Source: Pelomyxa schiedti (taxonomy: Eukaryota > Protista > Evosea). From it: 44,226 nucleotides of DNA. The position numbers and the translations under genes are program-made. The notes below the pieces were generated by a model. The model was not told the DNA's origin, did no database searches, and saw only the letters and a program-made list of their open reading frames with translations. This document shows positions 35,068 through 44,226 of this stretch, piece after piece. The stretch lies in contig JAHLWZ010000482.1 in assembly GCA_020536535.1 (NCBI GenBank), positions 1 to 44,226 on the forward strand, given 5' to 3'. Each line of letters begins with the position of its first letter. Within the stretch, counting starts at the first letter, position 1.

Positions 35068-36581
35068 AAAATGAAAATACCTCCCAGCGTTCCTGTCTGT
35101 TGATTATTGATCTATTACTGTAACCACGGGCTCCAGGGTGCCATGCACCGCGCAGCCCCACGCCCTCCCTGCGGGTTGACAACTGTGCCCCCCAGGCGTG
35201 CACGAGGGTCTTATCACCGCCAGCGTTCATTAGGAAAACCATGGTGGGATGTCATTTTGGGAGTGAGTCTATAAATATCTTGCCCACACTGTAACACCAC
35301 CTGCACACTCGGTCCCACCCTCTGCTGAATGAAGCAAAATATCTCTTTGAGCACAGTGGTGTCTCCATATTTCCGGTAACCAAATCCACTTGATCATACA
35401 TCATCTCATTTAATATCCATTCCCCACTTTAGGCAAAATTGGGCTACGGACTCAACAGTGGACGCTGGGGGCAAACATTTTTTGGCGGTTGTCCTCCGAG
35501 GACTTCCCAGAAAAACTTACAAAACGGGAAGGTCGGTGTGTGTTTTTTTTTCTTCTTTGCCGGATAGGTACCTCTTTCACCACCTTCCTGCGGGTAGTGA
35601 CGTGGGCCGTTGTGGCGACAAGAGAATGTACAGTCGTGTGCCCCCTAGACCGGTGTTCCCGGATATGCGACACTAGAAGAAGAAAAAAAAATGTTTTTTT
35701 TTCCCTTAAACACCCATCAAAGCTTCCCCTACACTCACACTTCAGTCCAACCCAGGCCTGGGAAACAACACTCGTGCAGGTAATCGTCGCCTGCACACAA
35801 GGGGAAGGCTCGCCGCTTCAGGAGACACTGTCCCCCTGATGGCCACTTTCCAGAAAACCTGCATTTTTTTCGCGAACATCAGATCACCCACTCACTCAGT
35901 CGCCGGAGGAAGGGAAGCGCTCAAGCCCTCTGCGTTCAGATGCACGTGCACTCTCCTCCCATTCCTTGCGCCTCCAAGTCTCAAGCTGGACTGTGATTGT
36001 AGCGGAAGCAGACCTTTTTTTTTCCTCTTCAGGTGTCGCAAATCCGGCATCACCGGTCATGGGGGCAAACAGCTCCGCTTTGGGATGCGAATACAATGCC
36101 CCACGTCACGACCCACAGTTTGGTGTCCGCTGCCAGACCCGAGAACCTTTCACCGAACAGATCTAGCCAGAGGCTCAGATCCGGACTTAGACTTTTAGGT
36201 TAAGAGCTTTCTATTGGTAAGTCTATTGGATAGATGTCTTTTCCGGACACTTCTAAGAGTTTTTTTGCCCCCTGTGGGCAATGGATATTCCCACACTTCC
36301 GTCTAGCATATTATTAATATTATTAATAGGCCCAGGCTGCGCAACAGTGAGTAAATAATTCAATTTTCTGGTTATGAAAGGGGGGATTTGATGGTAATTC
36401 TTCTGACATTTGGCTCTTTCCTCAAGAAGGACCGACCGGTTCTGGGACGTCTACGCGTCTTGTACAGTGACCTACACTCAACGCCTGATGGCCTCCTTCA
36501 GCTCATCGAACCTCACCTGGTGATGGAGCCTGTCGATGCCGCACCCTACCTCCGTGACGATCCAGTTCGACGACTCCTTGG

Positions 36582-36615
36582 CAGGGTTGTTATTTCAAGT
36601 GAGTACTTGGCAAGT
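36582..36615 (+). repeat. Isolated hAT terminus matching the end of the element at 28697
   Basis: cagggttgttatttcaagtgagtacttggcaagt versus the reverse complement of 28664-28697, cagggttgttatttcaagtaagtacttggcaagt (1 mismatch). Confidence 0.8.
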
Positions 36616-36616
36616 G

Positions 36617-36832
36617 TGTAGGGCGAACCCCTATAGATGTCAAAAGCGAAGTCGGTAGAGCGAACAAAGATCGTTCTCTCTTATGTTTCTATAACTTCTA
36701 ATCCTTTAGGATAGTTCTAAACAGTGTGTGTGGTGATGTCACGGCGACTGCTGATAGAACTATAGCCGATCTGGTCCAGTTTGGGTGAGTGTGATTTAGG
36801 TCTGCTGGGTGTGGGTTCTGAAACGGCCTACA
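36617..36832 (-). repeat. 3' LTR
   Basis: Identical by eye to 41762-41977. Preceded on the minus strand by the polypurine tract gaaagggagggaa (about 36835-36847). Confidence 0.96.
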
Positions 36833-36880
36833 CGTTCCCTCCCTTTCAAACCCGGCGCGTGGGTGGGCTACGGCTATCCC

Positions 36881-38365
36881 TCATTGGCGTGAATGAGCCC
36901 TTTCCTGGCGGGCCCTGGCTTTGTACTCCTTGATGAGTGCCCCACACCCTGTACAATCCTCTTCATACTGCCATGTGTTGTGGTCATCACCCAGGCCCTT
37001 CCACTGAACGAGGAACTGCCTGCCATGGCTCTTCCACCTTTCTCCAACGATGGCCTCCATCCCTTCTGCCCTGGGCTCGCGTGTGTAGTGTATCACCCTG
37101 CGGTGGGGACCTTTGGGGTCAAGGTCGTGCTGGGTGTCTGGTGGATCCTTCGTTTCGGCATCGTCTCCTCGTTCGTGCTGTGTTTGGCCGTCGGCTTGTG
37201 ACCTCCAGTCGTCTCTCTGTTCGGGGGTCTCATTGTGGCTTGTGTGCACCTCACCCCCCACCCTTTCCAGCCCCTCCTCGGGTATTGCGTGCATGGCACT
37301 TGCATAGATGCCCCAAGTTTACCAGTTTCGGGGACTTCTGGCCATTCATAGTCTCGAGCCTGGCAGCCCCATTCACGGGGAGACTTGTGATGCGGTACGG
37401 GCCCTTCCACTTGTTGGCCAGTTTGCCTAGCTCCCTGTCCTTGTGTCCGCCTGTCCATAGGACATACACTAGATCCCCCACCCTGAACTTCCTTTCTGTG
37501 GCTGTTGTGGCTTTGGTGCGCTCGTCATCCCATGCCTGCCGTATGAGCTCTGCTGTCCGTTGCGCCAGCCGCCACGCTTCCCGTACCTTCTTGGTCAGCC
37601 TTTCGGCTTGCCCGCCAACCAAGACCTCCTCACCCGTCCCAGCCATCACCCTGGAGTCCCGGCATTCCTCCCATGCTCGAGGTAGAAAGGTGAAAATCCT
37701 GTTGCTCTGCTAGTTGCCGTGCGGTACGCAAATGCCCTCATTGGCAGGAGCTCATCCCAATTGTCCTTATCCTTGCCAGTGTGTATACGCAGCATTTCCA
37801 CCAGTATGCGGTTGTACCGCTCAGTTTTCCCATCGGCCTGAGGGTGATACGCCGTCGTCTTCCCCTGTTCGATGTGTAGTGCCGTGCATAGCCCTTCCAT
37901 GATCCGGTTCACAAAGTGGGAGCCCCGATCACTAATGATCACGCGTGGGACACCCCATCGGCACACCCAATTCCTTAGCACTGCCCGTACTGCTGACTCG
38001 GCGTCCGGGTGTTTTGTGGCCTTCAATTCCACGTCTCCTGTCAAGTGGTTGATCATCACAAGGATATACGCATTCCCTCATCTGGTGGATCTCAATGGTC
38101 CGATGAAGTCCATACTCATGACCTCCCCAGGTTCACCTGGCACCGCCATTGGGAAGCCCACAGCTGCCCCTTTCCGGGCCGGCGCCTTGGCCACCTTGCA
38201 CTCGTGGCAGCCGTTGGAGTGGCAGGTGATGTCTGCCCCCATGTTCGGCCACCAGAAATGGCCTTTGATGCGGTCCAATGTGTACGCTTCGGAAAGATGA
38301 CCCGCGAAGATGCTGGCGTGGTTATCCTGCATTACCTGTCCCCGCATGATCGTTGGAACAACCAC
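36881..38365 (-). pseudogene. Integrase with GPY/F motif and chromodomain, frameshifted
   Basis: Split across ORFs 38078-38365, 37646-38059, 37251-37649 and 36881-37294. Chromodomain EAIVGER..FLVQWKGLGDDHNTWQYEED. Confidence 0.9.
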
Positions 38366-38376
38366 CGCGTGGTAGA

Positions 38377-40450
38377 TCAGTTTCCTCCGGCCCCATAATC
38401 ATCCAGCAGCATTTGCCAGCGGGCAACCCTGGCACACGGGTGTTCCTGGTTCTGCATCCGGGTTAGGGCTTTGTTGTCTGTCTTGACAACACATCCGACT
38501 CCGTGTATATAGCTGCGGAATTTCTTAAGTGCCCACACGACTGCCGCCGCCTCTAGCTCACACATGGTATCATACTTCTTTTCGTGGGGTGTGGTGACCC
38601 TGCTTGCAAGCTCAATAATGCGTTCCCCTCCCTTCGCGTCCATTTGTACCAGTACGGCCCCCATTCCCACCTTGCTAGCGTCCATGTGAATTTCCCGCCT
38701 GAACTCGGAGCTGTAATCGGGGTACTCAAGCAGTAGTTTCTCGGCAATTAGGTGCTTAATGTGTGTGAACGCTTCCTCACAGCGCTCATCCCACACCCAT
38801 GGCGCACCCTTCACGCCCAACTCTCTTAGTGGCACCGCCACTATGGCGAAGTCTGGCACAAACCTTGTGTAGTAGTTCACCATGTTTACGAATGTTTCCA
38901 ACTCCCCAGTCCATTGCCTCGGTTTCGGCCAGCCAGTGATTACCTTGATTATACCCTCGTCCATTCCCTGGCCCCTCCTTGATCACGCCCAGCCGCCGCA
39001 TCGTGTCGATCTCCTCCCCCACCATCTCCTTTTCTTTTGGAGACATGACTTTCTCTGGTCTGCACATGGTTCTGCACGGCTTAATTGGAATGTGGTGCTC
39101 CAGAAGTGTTGTCCTCCCCGGCTTAGCCCGGTCGTTCGTGAACAGGTCACTGAACTCCGTTTGTAGTTGGGTTAGTGCTGCTCTTTGCCCCTCTGTGAGG
39201 TTTTCCCATGTGATGCTGGCGGTTTTCCACTCAGCCTCATCCGTCTGTACTGTGGTGATGAACAGTTGGTTCACCCTTTCCTCTGGGGCGATTTCGTCAT
39301 ATGGGTCCCTAAGTTTCAACAGCATAGGGGGAATCGCCTGTGCAGTGTCGGCCTGTTCCGCGCTTCTCATTCTTTCCTCCTCTACTGTGACTGGCCACGC
39401 CACCGCGACGGGCTGCCCGGCCCTCACCACTAGTGTGGCCGATCCTTTGTTGAGTAGGCCCACGGTCACCACTCGCAGGTCGTCGAGCTGGGCAACACGG
39501 GGGTCCCCAAATGCCATTCCTCGCGGGAGTAGCACCCATCGCAGCCACACCCGCTTTCCAGCATGTGATGGACTTACCGACTCCACCGTGAGCCGGCGTG
39601 TGGTACCCGGTGGTACGTGCTGGTCCATAGTGGCAATTAGAGTGGCCTTTCCGTCGTCGTTCGTGGGGTTGATAAAGTCCCTCTTCCAGTCCCCACAGCG
39701 CACGCATCCTTTTGCCATTGACAGCTCGGCACCCACCTTCCACAGCAGGTCTAAGCCTATAAGGGCTTGGACTGGACACCCTTGGATTATGATGAAGTCG
39801 TGTTGTATCTTTTGCCCGCAAATGTGTGCCTTCATCCTTGCACGCCCCATTGCCAGCACCCGGCCTCCAATGCATGCAATTCTGCCACACCACGGCTCCC
39901 TGGCGATGTCCCCATCAGCCCATTGTATCCAACGGAAGGTGGCCTCATCCAGTATAGATATCGTCACGCACGTGTCCAACGTTAGCATAAGTCTCTTGCC
40001 ACCAATCCTTCCCCTGATAGTAGGTAATGCGGCACCTGATCCCCCATCCTTGAATATGCACACCCTGCCTCGTATCACGTTCTTCTCCCCCATTGGGTGG
40101 GTATCAGTGTCCATCCTCAGGTCTGCCCATGTAACTGTCTTGCGTGCTGTGGTCACTCCGGTTGGTTTCTCAGTGTCCCCAACTGAGCCTGGAAGGCTCC
40201 CCCTTTCTCCACCCAGTGGAGTGCCCATGGTGTCATCTGACACTGATGGGTTGGCCAGTGTAGGGTTAACAACTGCCAATACCACGGTTCCAGGGGTGAC
40301 GTGGTGCCCCAATATCTCTCCATGACTATAAATATTATGATTGTGCGGTGGGCCCAACAATCCAGCCTCACACGTAGGGTTATATTCGAGCGGAGGGCCC
40401 AACAATCCAACCTCTCTCGCCGATTTATTCCTGGTGGGTGCGCCGCCCAC
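38377..40450 (-). pseudogene. pol: aspartic protease, RT with deleted catalytic core, RNase H
   Basis: LDTCVTIS and ALIGLDLL protease motifs. RT start (EIDTMRRLGVIKE) is joined out of frame to the thumb (VNYYTRFVPDFA). No YxDD is present. Confidence 0.88.
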
Positions 40451-41748
40451 CAGTGTATTAGAGGGAGTGTGTTAGAGATATTAGCACTGCAATACCCAAC
40501 CCGGGTTTGCTTCCAGTTTGTGTGATTGGGGAAACAACCATCTTGCAATCCATTTCTCATTCCCAACGTAGCCTCCCTCATGGTATCCATTAAAACCCCA
40601 GGGCTGACTACCAAAGCCCCTATGTACACATGAAGAAAAAAGAAATGGTGGAAATTAATCATTTATTGGTTTAGGGGTTACTTAGGGTTTTAGGTACGAA
40701 ACTCTCATATCATCCATCTGCCTCTTCATCTGCTCCCATCCCGCCCAACACTCTGTAGGGTGCTGCTCCCTCCATTTATCGCAGTTGTAGATTGTGCCAC
40801 TGGATTGCCGCACAGTCAGCATGGGCTGTGGCAATTCCAAACATGCCCCATCACCACAATTGTTACATCACATCAGCTAGCTCTGCCTTGGTAGCCCAGC
40901 CCCAGACCACCATGGTCGGGGTTGCACAGGTGGTTGTCCTGTCATTGCTCCTCACTTTCCACGAGGAGAGCTCTCTCAGTTCGCTGGCGCTGTTCAAGCT
41001 CCTTCATCAGCGTGTGTGCCTCTTCCTCCCTCCTTGCCTGGTCCACCAGTTCTGGTATAGTGGTGATATCGCCTGCCCAGAGCAAGCCTGCTCATATTTC
41101 TTTCACCATCCCTTCCTGTATTTTAAGGATGAGAGGCCGCCCCACCAGTCCAGGCTCGGCACAATGCCAGCTGCACCATTTTCCTGATGTAGGTGGACAC
41201 CGACTCTGCTGATGATTGCCTAGTTTCGGCCACGTCCCGTCGCAGTCTCTCCATGCCGGCCTCCCCAATGAAGTAGTCGCGGCAGTATTCCAACACCTGG
41301 GTAGGTGAGCGTCATCGGGTATGGCATCGGCCCATGGTGCGGCCACCCCTTTTTATCGAGTTGCGAAGCAGTCGAATAGTCTGCTCATCCATCAGCCGTC
41401 AGTTCCTAGTAAGGTTGGAGAAGTCTTCCAGCCATATGAGCAGGTGGTCAGGGCGCATCGGCGCTGGATCGACAGCCTTCATTAAACAGTTACATGAGCG
41501 ACGAGTCAGCTGGGTCACGCGTTGACATAGACTCCCTGGTCCCCTTCTGTTCGCGCTGGGGGGTTTGTTCGTTTGCGTGACCCTGCTTGGGTTGCGGTCA
41601 CCTTGTATTCGTTTCCATCAAGCCTTTACACGGTGGTGTCGCCGAGTCGAGAGCGTTACGGCGCCCCTTCCTTTTCCTTGCTCCCGCCTTGCTGCGGGTG
41701 TTCCCACCACAATTCTTGGGTGCAATAGGCGTAACAGGGATCAATTAA

Positions 41749-41759
41749 GCACTCCACCA
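41749..41759 (-). other. Primer-binding site, tRNA-Ala-like
   Basis: TGGTGGAGTGC lies 2 nt inside the 5' LTR and is complementary to a tRNA 3' end ..CUCCACCA, typical of tRNA-Ala. Confidence 0.7.
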
Positions 41760-41761
41760 CG

Positions 41762-41977
41762 TGTAGGGCGAACCCCTATAGATGTCAAAAGCGAAGTCGG
41801 TAGAGCGAACAAAGATCGTTCTCTCTTATGTTTCTATAACTTCTAATCCTTTAGGATAGTTCTAAACAGTGTGTGTGGTGATGTCACGGCGACTGCTGAT
41901 AGAACTATAGCCGATCTGGTCCAGTTTGGGTGAGTGTGATTTAGGTCTGCTGGGTGTGGGTTCTGAAACGGCCTACA
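41762..41977 (-). repeat. 5' LTR
   Basis: Identical by eye to 36617-36832. Confidence 0.96.
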
Positions 41978-41979
41978 AG

Positions 41980-42070
41980 TGGCTGAATAAAATAATCAAC
42001 GGACCGGAACGCTGTACTTTTCGTTATCATCGCCCAGGATCGGCGGTCTGGTGTTTTTTTTATTCAGCCA
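41980..42070. mobile_element. 91-bp MITE, copy 1
   Basis: TIR TGGCTGAATAAAA..TTTTATTCAGCCA, flanked by AG on both sides. Confidence 0.85.
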
Positions 42071-42242
42071 AGCAACCCTCCCACGGACCCAAAACCAGGA
42101 TAGACTTTTTTTTAGCAAACTTTGGCTGCTTCTTTAGCTTAAGTTAAAAGGGTTTTCCTGAGACTTTGGGGAAAATTGTCTGAAGTGTTTTGTTTTTGCT
42201 CGAGCCTTTAATGCTGCGAAAATGCTGATGGCTGTCGTGATA

Positions 42243-42333
42243 TGGCTGAATAAAAAAAACACCAGACCGCCGATCCTGAGCGACGATAACGAAAATGACA
42301 GCGTTCCGGTCCGTTGATTATTTTATTCCGCCA
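42243..42333. mobile_element. 91-bp MITE, copy 2 (inverted relative to copy 1)
   Basis: Same TIRs (one mismatch) with a TA duplication. The empty site gtgatatcaaaatc is visible in the paralog near 23550. Confidence 0.9.
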
Positions 42334-42351
42334 TATCAAAATCAAGTCCAC

Positions 42352-43780
42352 ATGTGGCGATCGTCACAGCCAGCGACAATGTTACAATTCATGGTCAACG
42401 CAACTTTCACACATTGGCACAGGCATCCCTTGAAACGCGTCGGCAGGCAATTCCGGTTTGATCCTTTGAACTTGTTGCAAGAAGGTGCTGGCTACAAAGA
42501 GCTGGAGGAGGAGCGGTGTGATTTGTCCCACAGTTATGCCCTTTCTCTGTGGAAGTTATACCACAACGAAGGAAAAGACGCTGCTGCCGAAAAATTACAC
42601 AGGTCCTTCTCACAGCACTTTAAACCCAAGTAAGTAACTCTAACTGCCCCCAACACTGCCATTTTTTTCACTCTTGCAGTTCGAAGAACTTTAGGGTGTG
42701 CACTTTTCTGCAGCACTACTGTGGGAAAGTTCTAGGGGGACCAAAGGCGTTATCGTACTTGGCCTCTGACAACCTTAACGAGGTTATAACACCTAGAGAT
42801 ATCTCCAAAGTATTGCTTGTGTAATTTTGTAGAATATTTGCATTTATTACCCCCTAACAGCCTCGTAGGGAATTTTCTTGCTTAAGTTGTCCAAGAAGGT
42901 TAAAAGTGCAACCCCAGGTTTATCAGTTGCTGTGGAACGGTATCAATACCACCTAGAGCTGAAATCTGTTGTCTGGAGGGCAGAGCAAATTGTTTTTACA
43001 GATGAGAAAACATTTGATTCTGGTGATATTACCAAGAGGTTGGAGGAATGAATTATTATTATTTATTTGTTAATTAAAAAACAGAATGGGAAATTATGGC
43101 TACTCTCCAATAAATGAGCGACTTCCCACAACAGCCCGGCTTGTGCATCTCCCTGTTCCAAAATATGGCCAGGTACTGCCAATCATCTATTATCTTCTTG
43201 TATTCATACCGATTTAGATCGAAGTCATTGCAGCCATAGGAGTTGCGCAGCCTGGGCCTATGCTAGACGGAAGCGTGGGAGATATTGGAGCCATAGCTTT
43301 TTTCTTTCAAAAGGCCGCCTGGACAAGGAAGAGAAAGTCCAGTTTTATACCCGTGTGTTACCTTGTCATCTGTCCCCACATCCTGGTAACTTCAACATCC
43401 TCCATAATGTCTACTCACTTTTCCTTAGGCGCTAACAGTGTTGTGGTATTAGATAATATGCCCCAGCACAGACAACAAACACCAGAGATTGCTTCTGCAA
43501 TATCGGCAGCTGGAAGCTTTATTGCATGGAATCCCCCAGTTCCCAGACCTAAATTTAATTGAGAAGTTCTGGGATGTGGTTTCAAGTCGAATCACACAGT
43601 TGCACTTGGAATTACTGACAGGTTTTACTTGGTTCTACTTCATTCATGATCTAACTTTGCCGCGAACAGGTAAGTATGGAGTGCGGCGATGTGCGGATGT
43701 TGACGATCTAATATTCTGCTTGGAAACAACATGGATGTCACGCCATTCATTGCATGGTGTGGGGTTAGATTGGCCTCACT
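42352..43780 (+). pseudogene. IS630/Tc1/mariner-superfamily DDE transposase, intron-containing, frameshifted
   Basis: IVFTDEKTF, VVVLDNMPQH and PQFPDLNLIEKFWD form the DD..E triad motifs, with a frameshift before the E motif. Confidence 0.8.
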
Positions 43781-43899
43781 GAAACAACTTGTAAAAAAAA
43801 AGACTTTTTTTCCGCATCACAAGTTTTGGTTTTCATGGTATTGCGTTGAATGGGGAGGCTCTTGTGGGCCTTGTAGACAGTCAGGTGAGTGGGGAGAGG

Positions 43900-44130
43900 T
43901 AATGGGAGTGCCAGAAGATGGGAGGGATCCAGAAGAGCTATTGGGGGGACCATTATGGGGCAGGAGGGAACTGGGAGGGGGTAAGTACAAGCCAGGAGAG
44001 CTAAAAGAGCTGGAAGGGGAAGAATAGGAGCCTGTAGAGCCAGAAGATAAAGAATTGGAGCCGGAAGAAAAAGAATAAGAGCTGGAAGGCAAAGAATTGG
44101 AGCCAGAAGGGGAATAAGAGCCGGGAGAGG
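43900..44130. repeat. Purine-rich about 21-bp tandem repeat; inverted paralog of 10180-10400
   Basis: Units like aaagaattggagccggaag and aagaataagagctggaagg. Confidence 0.75.
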
Positions 44131-44226
44131 CTGAGAAAGAGTTGGGAGGTGCCAGGAAGGAGCGAGGAGAGGCTGGGATGTAGCTTGGGGAAACGCCAAG
44201 AGGAAAAGGGGTGTATGGAGCCGGAC

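Larger units (their letters stand above)
36617..41977 (-). mobile_element. Ty3/Gypsy chromovirus-like LTR retrotransposon, non-autonomous (5361 bp)
   Basis: 216-bp LTRs (TGTAGG..CCTACA), 4-bp TSD AGTG, PBS and PPT. Domain order is protease (LDTC), RT remnant, RNase H (DASKVGMGAVL..ELEAAAVVWAL..TDN), integrase (HHCC, MDFIGP, SDRGSHF, YHPQADGKTER, KWKGPY) and chromodomain. Confidence 0.96.

Noticed and set aside
35440-36000. Possible second hAT transposase relic (FRCTCTLL resembles the C..H.L motif)
   Set aside because: A single degenerate motif is insufficient support.
38979-40325. 448-aa plus-strand ORF within the retrotransposon
   Set aside because: Antisense shadow of the pol frame with no recognisable domain.

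Overview
Eukaryotic genomic DNA with short spliceosomal introns, probably from a protist (a Pelomyxa-like archamoeba is an unverified impression). There is a 100-N scaffold gap at 23839-23938. Most of the window is transposon debris: a non-autonomous chromodomain Ty3/Gypsy element with identical LTRs, hAT, Tc1/IS630, Sola2-like and possible MULE relics, 91-bp MITEs, duplicated blocks and a 2.3-kb fold-back palindrome. Two compact gene islands stand out. (1) 10777-19385 is an operon-like ubiquitin-like (Ubl) conjugation cluster. It holds a divergent monomeric Uba1-type E1, a stand-alone RBR catalytic (Rcat/RING2) protein head-to-head with it, an 85-aa Ubl ending YAPTGG-HL that I cannot assign to a known family, and three compact USP proteases. 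No E2 is visible. The E1 has Lys where UBA1 has the Gln that reads ubiquitin Arg72, and the Ubl has Ala at position 72. This mirrors the NEDD8/UBA3 gate and suggests a cognate pair orthogonal to ubiquitin. CCAACTTG occurs in all four promoter regions of the cluster. (2) 28809-35067 holds two tandem genes encoding vWA + IFI44-like P-loop NTPase + probable beta-grasp domains. Together they suggest a possible protist innate-immunity or ISGylation-like module, but that role is inference only.
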